A stretch of DNA of 64,000 bases. Source: an uncultured Pseudomonadales bacterium. GTDB lineage: Bacteria; Patescibacteriota; Microgenomatia; UBA1400; CAYXSR01. The stretch covers positions 45,872 through 109,871 of the forward strand of contig CAYSEI010000004.1 in NCBI GenBank assembly GCA_964430265.1. The letters run 5' to 3'. The position numbers and the translations under genes were made by a program. A model generated the notes under the pieces. That model was not told the DNA's origin, ran no database searches, and worked only from the letters and a program-made list of their open reading frames with translations. This document shows, piece after piece, positions 1-9,319 of this stretch; the first letter of the stretch is position 1, and the number at the start of each line of letters is the position of its first letter.

Positions 1-311
1 GGGCTTGTAAGCAGTCTGACTCCGCAGTTAATATCCATTCCAACGGCTCCGGCGCTGATAAGTCCTTTAGTGGCCATGACTCCTCCGATTGGTAGCCCAT
101 ATCCTTGATGAAAGTCAGGCATGGCTACTATTGGAGAAACAACGTCAGGTAGGTGTGCAGCATCTTTAAGCTGATTTAAAGACTGGTCCTCTCCAAGGCT
201 TTCAATGATCTTTTTTGTGGCATAGATTACCACGTCTGCATTCATTTTCCCCCGACGAGGATACTGGTATTTGTTTGTGGAAAGTTTTTTTATTTCTTTC
301 ATTACTTTCAT
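1..311 (-). CDS. rtcB: RNA-splicing ligase RtcB, N-terminal part (gene continues beyond window start)
   Basis: Reverse-strand translation from ATG at 311 gives [34 protein letters not shown]...[49 protein letters not shown]. This matches the conserved RtcB N-terminal core (MPDxHxGYGxPIGGV, [10 protein letters not shown]). Not in the ORF track because it is truncated by the window edge. Confidence 0.7.
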   Translation of the reverse strand, partial: MKVMKEIKKLSTNKYQYPRRGKMNADVVIYATKKIIESLGEDQSLNQLKDAAHLPDVVSPIVAMPDFHQGYGLPIGGVMATKGLISAGAVGMDINCGVRLLTS

Positions 312-345
312 TATATATCAATCTTCATGATATAATTACTACGTT

Positions 346-843
346 ATGATGCTCAAACATTTTATCAGCCCTACCAGAGGAAAATTAAACATAAACTCTT
401 TAATTAAAGAAATTATTGCTTTTATAGACGAAAGGCCGGAAAGTACTTATAGGCTTGTAATTGGTAGTGATTCCCAGGAAAGAAGAATTGATAATAAAAA
501 AGAATTAAGTTTGGTGTCTGCTATAGTAATTTACAGAGAAGGAAATGGTGGCAGATATTTTTATCAAAGGCTTAAACAGGGAGAAGCCCATTCTTTAAGG
601 GATAAGATTTACAGAGAGGCTATATATTCAATCGAAGTAGCGCATAAACTTCTTCCAAAAATAGACAAGGCATTGAATGGTAAGAAACCGTATGAATTGG
701 AAATCCACTTGGATGTTGGTCAAAATGGTGAAACAAAAGAAATGATTAAGGAAGTAGTAGGAATGGTAAATGGAAACGGTTATCCAGCTAAAACAAAGCC
801 AAGTTCTTATTGTGCTTCTAAGGTAGCGGATAAATACGCTTAA
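346..843 (+). CDS. hypothetical protein, possibly DUF458/YkuK-like RNase H-fold protein
   Basis: 165-aa ORF immediately downstream of, and divergent from, rtcB. The translation (LVIGSDSQ..., RYFYQRL...) recalls the DUF458 family only weakly from memory. No search was run. Confidence 0.4.
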   Translation: MMLKHFISPTRGKLNINSLIKEIIAFIDERPESTYRLVIGSDSQERRIDNKKELSLVSAIVIYREGNGGRYFYQRLKQGEAHSLRDKIYREAIYSIEVAHKLLPKIDKALNGKKPYELEIHLDVGQNGETKEMIKEVVGMVNGNGYPAKTKPSSYCASKVADKYA

Positions 844-920
844 TGAGTACAATATATACTTGGGTATAAATTGTATACTAATAACAATTATAAAAAATAA
901 AACGAAAGTTTGAGTATAAA

Positions 921-1505
921 GTGACAACAAAGACAAACCGAAAAGAATGGAAAGTTTTGAGTAGTAAAATTGTTCACAAAAATCCGTTTTTTAAAATAGT
1001 TAAAGAGAAAATACAAAAACCAAGCGGATATGTTGGCCCCTACTATATTTTAAAAAGGCCGCAAAAGTTTGTTGCAGTAGTTCCTATTGACCATAATAAT
1101 AACTTTGTTTTAATTAAACAGTTTCGTACTACCCTAAAAAAAATTATCTGGGAATTTCCCATGGGAGGAATTGATAAGAATGAAACTCCTTTACAAGCTG
1201 CACAAAGAGAGTTATTAGAAGAAACAGGCCTAAAAGCAGATAAATGGGTTAATCTCGGAGAATTTTATGTTGGACCAGGGCATACTGATCAAGCAGGCAT
1301 TGTTTTTATTGCTCAAAAGCTTAAAAAAGCAAAAGGTTCTTCTTTTGGTGATCATTTAGAAGATGGGGAAGAAATATATGAATTAAAAAAATTTACCTGT
1401 GAAGAATTTGAGAATAAAACAGTTCATGGTAAAATCAAAGATGGACCATCAATGACTGCTTACTATCTTGCAAAACATCATCTAGAAAGGAAAGTAAATG
1501 AATAA
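921..1505 (+). CDS. NUDIX hydrolase, candidate nucleotide-sugar or ADP-ribose pyrophosphatase
   Basis: Clear Nudix box GGIDKNETPLQAAQRELLEETGL (GX5EX7REUXEEXGU). GTG start at 921. Its stop overlaps the rmlB start. Confidence 0.8.
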   Translation: MTTKTNRKEWKVLSSKIVHKNPFFKIVKEKIQKPSGYVGPYYILKRPQKFVAVVPIDHNNNFVLIKQFRTTLKKIIWEFPMGGIDKNETPLQAAQRELLEETGLKADKWVNLGEFYVGPGHTDQAGIVFIAQKLKKAKGSSFGDHLEDGEEIYELKKFTCEEFENKTVHGKIKDGPSMTAYYLAKHHLERKVNE

Positions 1506-2514
1506 ACTTCTTGTTACCGGCGGTGCGGGATTTATTGGGGCAAATTTTATTCACTATTGGATGGAAAACCATCCTGAGGATGAAATTATCAACCTTGACA
1601 AGCTGACTTATGCAGGCAACCTCAAGAACTTAAAAAGTATTGAAGATAAAGCAAACTACACTTTTATTAAAGGAGATATTGCAGATGATAAAATAGTTGA
1701 TGAGGCAATGAAGGATGTGGATATTGTGGTCAATTTTGCCGCAGAAACCCATGTTGACCGGTCAATAATGGGACCGGCTGCTTTTATCCTTACCAATGTA
1801 GTGGGAACCCAGGTTCTTTTGGATGCGGCAAAAAAACATAATGTAAATCATTTTCACCATATTTCAACTGACGAAGTTTTTGGTTCCTTGGATTTAAAAA
1901 GTGATCAAAAGTTTGATGAGAATACCAAGTTTCAACCTAATTCACCTTATTCAGCTTCCAAAGCTGCTTCAGACCATCTGATTAGGGCGTGGAATAAAAC
2001 TTACGGGTTAAAAACCACGATTACAAACACTTCAAATAATTATGGTCCATACCAGTTTCCGGAGAAATTTATACCGTTGGCAATAACCAACTTAATGCAG
2101 GGGAAAAAGATTCCTGTTTATGGAGACGGTAAAAATATCAGGGACTGGGTATATGTAAAAGACCACTGCCGGGCAATTGATTTGGTTTTACAAAAAGGTA
2201 AAAATGGTGAAACATATTGTATTGGTGGAATGACTAATGATGTTAACAACCTGGATGTGGCAGAAAAAATTTGCAAGCTTATGAACAAAAATGCAGATGA
2301 ATGCTTGGAGTTTGTCAAAGACAGGCCGGCACACGACCGTAAATATGCAGTTGACTGGACAAAGGCAAGAAATGAATTAGGGTATGAACCTGAGCATGAC
2401 TTTGATTCTTGGCTTGAAAAAACAGTTGAATGGTATAAAGAAAACAAATGGTGGTGGCAGCCTTTAAAAGAAAAAGAAGGAAAATATTTCAAAGAATGGT
2501 ATGAAGATAGATAA
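1498..2514 (+). CDS. rfbB: dTDP-glucose 4,6-dehydratase
   Basis: N-terminal [13 protein letters not shown] Rossmann motif, YAGNLKNL, the STDEVFG segment and the YSASKAASDHL catalytic YxxxK. Length is 338 aa. Overall collinear with RmlB. Confidence 0.85.
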   Translation: MNKLLVTGGAGFIGANFIHYWMENHPEDEIINLDKLTYAGNLKNLKSIEDKANYTFIKGDIADDKIVDEAMKDVDIVVNFAAETHVDRSIMGPAAFILTNVVGTQVLLDAAKKHNVNHFHHISTDEVFGSLDLKSDQKFDENTKFQPNSPYSASKAASDHLIRAWNKTYGLKTTITNTSNNYGPYQFPEKFIPLAITNLMQGKKIPVYGDGKNIRDWVYVKDHCRAIDLVLQKGKNGETYCIGGMTNDVNNLDVAEKICKLMNKNADECLEFVKDRPAHDRKYAVDWTKARNELGYEPEHDFDSWLEKTVEWYKENKWWWQPLKEKEGKYFKEWYEDR

Positions 2515-2568
2515 AGAGTGAACAGCAGTGAATTGAATTAAAAAATTATTATTAAATTAAAAATTAAT

Positions 2569-3120
2569 ATGGAATTAAACTTTTTCACATTAGATAAAAT
2601 TAAAACCTACCCATTAATTAAAGATGTTATTATAAGGCCTTTAAAAGTTAACCGCGATGACAGAGGAATTTTAGTGGAAACATTAAAAATAACCTGGAAA
2701 GATGTATATGGTAAAAATTTGCAATTTGCACAAACATATTATTCAATTACCGAACCCGGAGTTGCCAGGGATGAAGACAGATGGCATCTACATCCAACCA
2801 AACAAACAGACAGATTTGTAGTCATCAGCGGAGAAATTGTGGTTGCTTTAGCTGATCCAAGAAAGGATTCGCCAACCTATCAGGAGCTTAACCTTTTTAA
2901 AATGGGAGATGTAAACGGGGATAATGGCAGGTATCTGCTTTTAATTCCGCAGGGGGTTTTGCATTGTTTTTTAGTTACCGGAGATAAAAAAGCTACTTTA
3001 ATGAATTATCCGAACCAAGTTTATGATCCTGAAGAAGAAGGCCGTGTACCTTTTAAAGAATTTGAGTTTAAAAACAAGAAAAACTTTAATTGGGACTTAG
3101 TTCGAAAGGAGCTTAAGTAA
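2569..3120 (+). CDS. dTDP-4-dehydrorhamnose 3,5-epimerase-like cupin (RmlC family, divergent)
   Basis: 183 aa. Segments DDRGILVE, RWHLH, VVALADPRKDSPTYQE, LLIPQGVLHCF and YDPEEEG align with the RmlC blocks GDERGFF.E / RGLHFQ / VAVDLRRGSPTFG / WIPAGFAHGF / YSPEHERG. Confidence 0.6.
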   Translation: MELNFFTLDKIKTYPLIKDVIIRPLKVNRDDRGILVETLKITWKDVYGKNLQFAQTYYSITEPGVARDEDRWHLHPTKQTDRFVVISGEIVVALADPRKDSPTYQELNLFKMGDVNGDNGRYLLLIPQGVLHCFLVTGDKKATLMNYPNQVYDPEEEGRVPFKEFEFKNKKNFNWDLVRKELK

Positions 3121-4020
3121 ATGACTAAAATAATTGGAACAGGTTTATCTGGTTTAGTAGGTTCAAGAATTGTTGAATTATTACAGGATAAGTATGAATT
3201 TGTTGACTTTAGCTTGGATACGGGAGTGGACATTACTGATAAAAAGCTTCTTAAAAACAAGTTTATAGAGCATGAAGATGCAGAAGTTATTCTGCATTTG
3301 GCTGCTTTTACTAATGTTAATGCAGCCTGGGAGCAAAAAGGTGATGAGGATGGATTATGTTATCAGGTAAATGTTATTGGAACCAGAAACATTGCGCAGC
3401 TGGCAGCAAAATTTAAAAAATATTTAATTTATGTTTCAACTGATTTTGTTTTTGACGGTAGAAGAAAAACACTATATACGGAAAGAGATAAGCCCAGTCC
3501 CATTGAATGGTATGGTAAAACAAAATATTTGGGTGAAAAAGAAGTACGTAAGGCTGAAGGTGAATTTTCAATTGCCAGGCTTTCTTTTCCTTTTAAAGCA
3601 CAAAAGTCTTCTGAAGAACTTGAACCAAAACACAAAATGGATTTGGTAAGGAAAATAATTAAGAAGCTTGAAAGCGGAGAAGAATTTCATGGTTTCCATG
3701 ATCAAATAATTACCCCAACTTTCATAGATGATTTTGTAAAAATGATGGACTCTTTTTTTCAAAGAAAACCGGAAGGAGTTTATCATACGGTCGGTTCAAC
3801 AGCTCTTTCTCCTTATGAGTTGGCATTAAGGTTAGCTGAGATTTTTAATCTACCTAAAAGTTTAGTTAAAGAAAGCAGTTTGTCTGACTATTTGAAAAAA
3901 GAAAAAAGGCCCAGACAGCGGTATTTGGCAGTATCCAATCGAAAGATAAAAGATAAATTGGGAATATATCCTTTAAGCATTCGAAAAGCTTTGGTAAAGA
4001 TTAAAAGCCAAAGGGAGTAA
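3121..4020 (+). CDS. dTDP-4-dehydrorhamnose reductase-like SDR (RmlD family)
   Basis: N-terminal GTGLSGLVGSRI and DITD, VILHLAAFTNVNAAW, and the VSTDFVFDG block typical of RmlD. Follows the rmlB and rmlC-like genes. Confidence 0.6.
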   Translation: MTKIIGTGLSGLVGSRIVELLQDKYEFVDFSLDTGVDITDKKLLKNKFIEHEDAEVILHLAAFTNVNAAWEQKGDEDGLCYQVNVIGTRNIAQLAAKFKKYLIYVSTDFVFDGRRKTLYTERDKPSPIEWYGKTKYLGEKEVRKAEGEFSIARLSFPFKAQKSSEELEPKHKMDLVRKIIKKLESGEEFHGFHDQIITPTFIDDFVKMMDSFFQRKPEGVYHTVGSTALSPYELALRLAEIFNLPKSLVKESSLSDYLKKEKRPRQRYLAVSNRKIKDKLGIYPLSIRKALVKIKSQRE

Positions 4021-4031
4021 GAGGAACTTAA

Positions 4032-4703
4032 TCAATCCAGGTCTGGTCTTCTTGTTTTGGTTCTTTGTTTAGCTTTTTTTTGCCGCCATTCTTTTATTTT
4101 TTTATGGTCTCCAGATAAGAGGATCTCCGGAACTTTGTGACCTTTAAAATCACGCGGTCTTGTATAATGCGGGTATTCTAAAAGTGATTGATCTGAAAAA
4201 GATTCTTTTTCTACGGCATCTGTTTTTTCAAATACTCCCGGTAAAAGCCTGACAACTGCATCAGATAAAACCATAGCGGGTATTTCACCGCCGGTAAGAA
4301 TGTAGTCACCAATAGATATTTCTTCATCTACCAAATGTTTTCTGATTCTTTCATCTACACCTTCGTAATGGCCGCAGATTAAGACTAGATGTTTTAATCC
4401 GGAAAACTGTTTTACCTTTTTTTGTTTTAATTTTTCACCTTGCGGGGTTAATAAAACCACATGGGCTTTTTTATCAGGATTTAATTCTTTAACAGCTCTA
4501 AATATTGGACCGCATTGTAAAATCATTCCCGGGCCACCACCATAAGGTCTGGCATCCACTTTATTGTGTTTGTCCTGAGACCAGTCCCTTAAATTATGGA
4601 TATTGATTTTTGTAATATCTTCTGCTTGAGCGCGTTTTATTATGCTGTGGTCAAAAGGACCGGTAAACATTTCCGGGAATAGGGTAATAATATCTATTTT
4701 CAT
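4032..4703 (-). CDS. trmD: tRNA (guanine37-N1)-methyltransferase
   Basis: MKIDIITLFPEMF...ARPYGGGPGMIL...LICGHYEGVDERI...SIGDYILTGGEIPAMV...SLLEYPHYTRP is a textbook TrmD sequence of 223 aa. Confidence 0.9.
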   Translation of the reverse strand: MKIDIITLFPEMFTGPFDHSIIKRAQAEDITKINIHNLRDWSQDKHNKVDARPYGGGPGMILQCGPIFRAVKELNPDKKAHVVLLTPQGEKLKQKKVKQFSGLKHLVLICGHYEGVDERIRKHLVDEEISIGDYILTGGEIPAMVLSDAVVRLLPGVFEKTDAVEKESFSDQSLLEYPHYTRPRDFKGHKVPEILLSGDHKKIKEWRQKKAKQRTKTRRPDLD

Positions 4704-4792
4704 ATTTGTATTTTAACATACCTTATTTGAATATTTTCTGATATGTTTTAGTTTTGAATAATAGTTAATAATAAGCAGCCAGAATCAACCTT

Positions 4793-4825
4793 GCAAAAAA
4801 AAAAAGATTTAAATATACTGGTTTA
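4793..4825 (+). promoter_or_regulatory. candidate sigma70-type promoter (TTGCAA-N18-TATACT) in the trmD/ugd divergent intergenic region
   Basis: ttgcaa aaaaaaaaagatttaaa tatact read directly. It lies upstream of the small SD-preceded ORF and of ugd. Spacing is slightly long. Confidence 0.2.
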
Positions 4826-4918
4826 GATCCAAACTTCTTCCCGCGTTGGAAAATCAAAGTATCTTAAACAAATATTAATAGGGTTAGCTAAAACATATAA
4901 TAAAGAAAGGAGGTTTTT

Positions 4919-5083
4919 ATGGAAGAAAAAAGAGGTGAAAAAATCACTGGTACTGAAAACGAATCCAGAACAATAGAGATTGACGATGCAATAAATAAGC
5001 GTTTAAACGAGTTTAAAAAAAGAAGAAGTTCCCTAAACATCAGTGGTTTGGATAAACATATTGATTCCAGAAAAGAAAAGTAA
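4919..5083 (+). CDS. small hypothetical protein (54 aa) with canonical Shine-Dalgarno
   Basis: AAGGAGGT at 4907-4914, 5-6 nt before ATG 4919. ORF MEEKRGEKITGTENESRTIEIDDAINKRLNEFKKRRSSLNISGLDKHIDSRKEK. It is below the 60-aa cut-off of the ORF track. This is the strongest SD in the window. Confidence 0.35.
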   Translation: MEEKRGEKITGTENESRTIEIDDAINKRLNEFKKRRSSLNISGLDKHIDSRKEK

Positions 5084-5168
5084 GATAAAGAAATAGGAAA
5101 CTTTAGTTTTAATAAGAAAGTATATTTAAAACTTCATAAATTAATCATTTCTTGATATACTCTTACAT

Positions 5169-6455
5169 ATGAAAATTACTGTAGTGGGGACCGGTTATGT
5201 TGGCTTGGTTACAGCCGCTATATTTGCCAGTTTTAACAACCAGGTATATGGTCTAGATATAGACCAGGAAAAAATTGATACTTTAAAAAAAGGTAAAGTG
5301 TTTTTTTATGAACCCGGACTTGAGGAATTGGTCCAATCAGGAATAGATAAAGGAAATCTTCATTTTACGACTTCATACAAAAAAGCAGTGCCTGAATCAG
5401 AAGTCATTTTTATCTGTGTTGGCACTCCGCCAAAGAAAAATGGTGATTATGATTTAAAATATGTTTTATCTTCTGCAGAATCAATTGCCAAGAATTTAAA
5501 AAAATATTCAGTAGTGACAGTTAAAAGCACAGTTCCGCCAGGTACAAATGACAAAGTCAAAGAGGTTATGGATAAAAATACAAGTGTTTCTTATGACTTG
5601 GCAGCCTGTCCTGAGTTTTTAAGGGAGGGTAGTGCAGTAGAAGATTCTCTTAATCCTTCCAGGATTGTAATTGGTACGGATTCTGAAAAGGCTAAAGAAA
5701 AGCTTCTTAAGCTGCACAAACAAATTAAAGGTCCGCGATTAGTAACTGATGTTTCTAGTGCACAGTTAATCAAATATGCAAGTAATGCATTTTTAGCCAC
5801 AAAAATTTCATATATCAACTTCCTTGCCCGGCTTTGTGATAAAGTTGGTGCTGATATTAATGAAGTAAGCAAGGGATTGGGAATGGATCCCCGGATCAGC
5901 TCCTCATTTTTAAGGGCAGGCATTGGCTATGGAGGTTCTTGTTTTCCCAAAGACACTTGGGCACTAATCCGATTTGCTAAAAGAAAAGGTGAAGAGTTTA
6001 CTTTTTTAAAGCAGGTTGATAATGTCAACAAAACTCAGGTGGAATACTTTTTAAACAAAGCTGAAAAACTGGCTGATGATAGCTTACAAAGCAAAAAAGT
6101 AACTGTTTTGGGGTTATCTTTTAAACCGGAAACAGATGACATGCGTGAAGCTCAGTCAATTCCATTAATTAATGGTTTAAATAAAAGAGGGGCTAAAGTT
6201 ACTGCAACCGATCCGGTGGCAATTAAAAACGCCCAAAATTTGATTGAAGGGATAAAATATGAAAAAGATGTTTACAAAGCACTTGAAAACAGTGAGATGC
6301 TGATTTTAGTTACGGAGTGGGATAAATACAAAAACCTTGATTTTAAAAAAGTCAAAAAATTAATGAATAAACCAGTTGTTCTTGACGGCAGAAATATTTA
6401 CAATCCGGATAAAATGAAAAAATTGGGGTTTGTTTATAAAGGAGTCGGTCAATAA
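5169..6455 (+). CDS. ugd: UDP-glucose 6-dehydrogenase / nucleotide-sugar dehydrogenase
   Basis: N-terminal VVGTGYVGLV NAD-binding motif, catalytic-Cys motif GGSCFPKDT, 428 aa. Confidence 0.85.
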   Translation: MKITVVGTGYVGLVTAAIFASFNNQVYGLDIDQEKIDTLKKGKVFFYEPGLEELVQSGIDKGNLHFTTSYKKAVPESEVIFICVGTPPKKNGDYDLKYVLSSAESIAKNLKKYSVVTVKSTVPPGTNDKVKEVMDKNTSVSYDLAACPEFLREGSAVEDSLNPSRIVIGTDSEKAKEKLLKLHKQIKGPRLVTDVSSAQLIKYASNAFLATKISYINFLARLCDKVGADINEVSKGLGMDPRISSSFLRAGIGYGGSCFPKDTWALIRFAKRKGEEFTFLKQVDNVNKTQVEYFLNKAEKLADDSLQSKKVTVLGLSFKPETDDMREAQSIPLINGLNKRGAKVTATDPVAIKNAQNLIEGIKYEKDVYKALENSEMLILVTEWDKYKNLDFKKVKKLMNKPVVLDGRNIYNPDKMKKLGFVYKGVGQ

Positions 6456-7411
6456 TGAAAACTGCATTAATTACTGGAGTTACAGGCCAGGACGGATCAT
6501 ATCTAGCAGAATTGCTTTTAAAAAAAGAATACAAAGTGATTGGCATGATTAGGGAAAACAATGGAATCGATGATGAGAATATTAAGCATATAAAAAAAGA
6601 ATTGGTAATTGAAAGTGGTGATCTTTTAAATAAAGAATCACTTTTAAATATTTTTAAAAAACATAAAATTGATGAGGTTTACAATCTTGGTGGAATTACT
6701 TTTATACCTGCATCCTGGGAAAATCCCACAAAAACGTTTAATGTAAATACGCTTGGATATACAAGATTATTAGAATTAATTAAGGATAAATACCCCAATG
6801 TGAGAATATTTCAGGCAAATTCAGCAAAAATATTTGGCAAGCCTGACAAATCACCTCAGGATTTGGAAACAAAAATTAATCCGCAGGATCCTTATGGCAC
6901 CTCAAAAGCAGCAGCGCATTTGTTAACTAACAATATGCGAAAACAATTTGGCATTTATGCTGTTTCTGGTATTATGTATAATCATGAATCTGAAAGAAGA
7001 GGAGAGCAGTTTGTTACGCGTAAAATTACCAGGGGTGCGGTTAAAATAAAAAGGGGAATGCAAAAAGAGCTTAAGCTGGGTAATTTGGATGCACAAGTTG
7101 ACTGGGGTTATGCACCTGATTTTGTTAAAGCAATGTGGCTTTCACTACAGCAGGAAAAAGCAGACGACTATATTTTTGCTACAGGCAAGGTGCATAAAGT
7201 AAAAGATATTTGTAAAACAGCTTTTTCCTATCTTGATTTGGACTGGCAGGATTATGTTAAAGTGGATAAAAAGTTTTATAGGGAACAAAAAGGAAAATTG
7301 TTTACCGGTGATATCAGCAAAGCAAAAGAAAAACTTGGTTGGGAGCCGGAAACTTCTTTTGAAGAAATGATAGAAAAAATGGTTGAGTTTGATTTAAAAA
7401 ATATTAACTAG
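6455..7411 (+). CDS. GDP-mannose 4,6-dehydratase family protein (divergent paralog)
   Basis: [19 protein letters not shown] at the N-terminus, [17 protein letters not shown] (Gmd signature NHES.RRG..FVTRKI), 318 aa. Confidence 0.65.
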   Translation: MKTALITGVTGQDGSYLAELLLKKEYKVIGMIRENNGIDDENIKHIKKELVIESGDLLNKESLLNIFKKHKIDEVYNLGGITFIPASWENPTKTFNVNTLGYTRLLELIKDKYPNVRIFQANSAKIFGKPDKSPQDLETKINPQDPYGTSKAAAHLLTNNMRKQFGIYAVSGIMYNHESERRGEQFVTRKITRGAVKIKRGMQKELKLGNLDAQVDWGYAPDFVKAMWLSLQQEKADDYIFATGKVHKVKDICKTAFSYLDLDWQDYVKVDKKFYREQKGKLFTGDISKAKEKLGWEPETSFEEMIEKMVEFDLKNIN

Positions 7412-7427
7412 ATTAAAGGAGAAAAGA

Positions 7428-8390
7428 ATGAAAAAAGCATTAATCACTGGAATTACAGGACAAGACGGTTCATATTTGGCAGAACTTTTGTTAGAAAAAG
7501 GTTACGAAGTATATGGTTTAGTAAGAAGGACATCTCTGCCTAATAATGAAAGAATTGCACATATATTAGAAAAAGTTAATCTTGTATCAGGTGATTTAGC
7601 AGACCAGCATTCATTAACCAGGGCAGTAGAGGAAGTTCAGCCGGATGAAGTATATAATTTAGCTGCACAAAGCTTTGTTTCAACTTCCTTTAAGCAGCCT
7701 GTTTTAACCGGGGATATTACCGGATTGGGTGTAGCAAGAATGCTTGAAGCTTTAAGAATGGTTAAGCCGGATGCGAAATTTTATCAGGCTTCTTCTTCTG
7801 AAATGTTTGGCAAGGTAACAGAAACACCGCAGACGGAAAAAACTTTTTTTCATCCACGCAGTCCTTACGGAGTGGCTAAGGTTTATGGTCACTGGATAAC
7901 TATTAATTACCGTGAGTCTTATGATATGTTTGCAGTTTCGGGAATTCTTTTTAACCATGAATCACCTAGAAGAGGAACAGAATTTGTCACCCGGAAAATT
8001 AGCAAAGCTGCTGCAAGAATCAAGCTGGGCAAGCAGGAAAAGCTTTATCTTGGCAATATGGAAGCAAAAAGGGACTGGGGGTTTGCAAAAGATTATGTGG
8101 AAGCAATGTGGCATATGATGCAGCTGCCGGAACCGGAAAATTTTGTTATAGGAACCGGGGAAACACATTCGGTTAGGGATTTCTGCCAAAGAGCTTTTGC
8201 AGTAGTTGACCTTGACTATACAAAATATGTAGAAACTAAAAAAGAATTTTTACGTCCGGCTGAAGTTGACTATTTAAAAGCAGATTATTCCAAAGCTAAA
8301 GAAAAACTTGGCTGGGAGCCAAAAACCAGTTTTGATGAGTTGGTAAAAATTATGGTGGAAAAAGATTTGGAAAGGGAAAAAAATAAATGA
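7428..8390 (+). CDS. gmd: GDP-mannose 4,6-dehydratase
   Basis: [44 protein letters not shown] and [10 protein letters not shown]. Closer to canonical Gmd than the upstream paralog. Confidence 0.75.
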   Translation: MKKALITGITGQDGSYLAELLLEKGYEVYGLVRRTSLPNNERIAHILEKVNLVSGDLADQHSLTRAVEEVQPDEVYNLAAQSFVSTSFKQPVLTGDITGLGVARMLEALRMVKPDAKFYQASSSEMFGKVTETPQTEKTFFHPRSPYGVAKVYGHWITINYRESYDMFAVSGILFNHESPRRGTEFVTRKISKAAARIKLGKQEKLYLGNMEAKRDWGFAKDYVEAMWHMMQLPEPENFVIGTGETHSVRDFCQRAFAVVDLDYTKYVETKKEFLRPAEVDYLKADYSKAKEKLGWEPKTSFDELVKIMVEKDLEREKNK

Positions 8391-9319
8391 AAGTTTTAGT
8401 AACCGGAGGCGCAGGGTTTATTGGCAGTCATTTGTGTAAAGACCTTTTAAATCAAGGTCATTTTGTATACTGTGTTGACAACCTTTTAACCGGAAGAAGA
8501 GAAAATATCCTGGAACTTGAAGGGAATAAGAATTTTTGTTTTATTAGCGCAGACGTTTCCAAGGCAAAAATTGATCTGGAAGTTAAATATATTTTTCATC
8601 TTGCTTCGCCGGCAAGTCCAGTGGATTACCAAAACCTGCCTTTGGAAACAATGTTTGCTAACTCTAATGGGACAGAAAACATGCTGCGGCTTGGAGTAGA
8701 TAATAAAGCACGCTTTGTTTTAGCATCCACTTCCGAGGTTTATGGAGATCCTCTAGAGCACCCGCAAAAGGAAACATATAACGGAAATGTAAGTACAACC
8801 GGTCCTAGGGCCTGTTATGACGAAAGTAAAAGATATGCAGAAACATTAACCAAAATATTTGAAAAAAAATATGCTTTGGATGTCAGAATTGTCAGGATAT
8901 TTAATACATACGGTCCTAACATGAGAAAAGATGACGGAAGGGTAGTTTCCAATTTTATTAATCAAGCAATTGCAAACCAGCCGTTAACCGTATACGGCAA
9001 GGGAGAGCAAACGCGTTCATTTTGTTATGTTGATGATATGGTTAAAGGTTTAAACAAACTAATGTTTAATCCGGATATAAAGGGAGAGATTGTTAATATC
9101 GGCAACCCGCATGAAGTAACTATCTTGGAATTGGCGGAATTGATTCGAAAACTAGTCGGAAGCAGTTCAGAGATTATATTTAAACCATTACCACAAAATG
9201 ATCCGCAAAAAAGGTGTCCGGATATAACTAAGGCAAAAGAAATTTTAAAATGGGAACCGCAGATTGAATTAAAACAAGGATTACAAGAAACTATAAAATA
9301 TTTTAAAGGATTAAAATGA
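8387..9319 (+). CDS. UDP-glucuronate decarboxylase (UDP-xylose synthase)-like SDR
   Basis: [39 protein letters not shown] and [11 protein letters not shown]. The architecture and length (310 aa) match UXS/ArnA-decarboxylase-like enzymes. Sits with ugd, which would supply UDP-GlcA. Confidence 0.65.
   Translation: MKVLVTGGAGFIGSHLCKDLLNQGHFVYCVDNLLTGRRENILELEGNKNFCFISADVSKAKIDLEVKYIFHLASPASPVDYQNLPLETMFANSNGTENMLRLGVDNKARFVLASTSEVYGDPLEHPQKETYNGNVSTTGPRACYDESKRYAETLTKIFEKKYALDVRIVRIFNTYGPNMRKDDGRVVSNFINQAIANQPLTVYGKGEQTRSFCYVDDMVKGLNKLMFNPDIKGEIVNIGNPHEVTILELAELIRKLVGSSSEIIFKPLPQNDPQKRCPDITKAKEILKWEPQIELKQGLQETIKYFKGLK

Noticed and set aside
628-936. Antisense or alternative-frame ORFs in the track (e.g. 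628-936 -, 2118-2492 -, 3429-3786 both strands, 5591-5923 -, 7752-8189, 9025-9417 -, 11780-12124 -, 46628-47095 -, 52460-52864 -, 52931-53176 -, 56702-56959 +)
   Set aside because: All lie fully inside well-supported genes on the other strand or frame. They have low-complexity, Phe/Leu/Ser-rich translations typical of AT-rich antisense frames and show no recognisable motifs.
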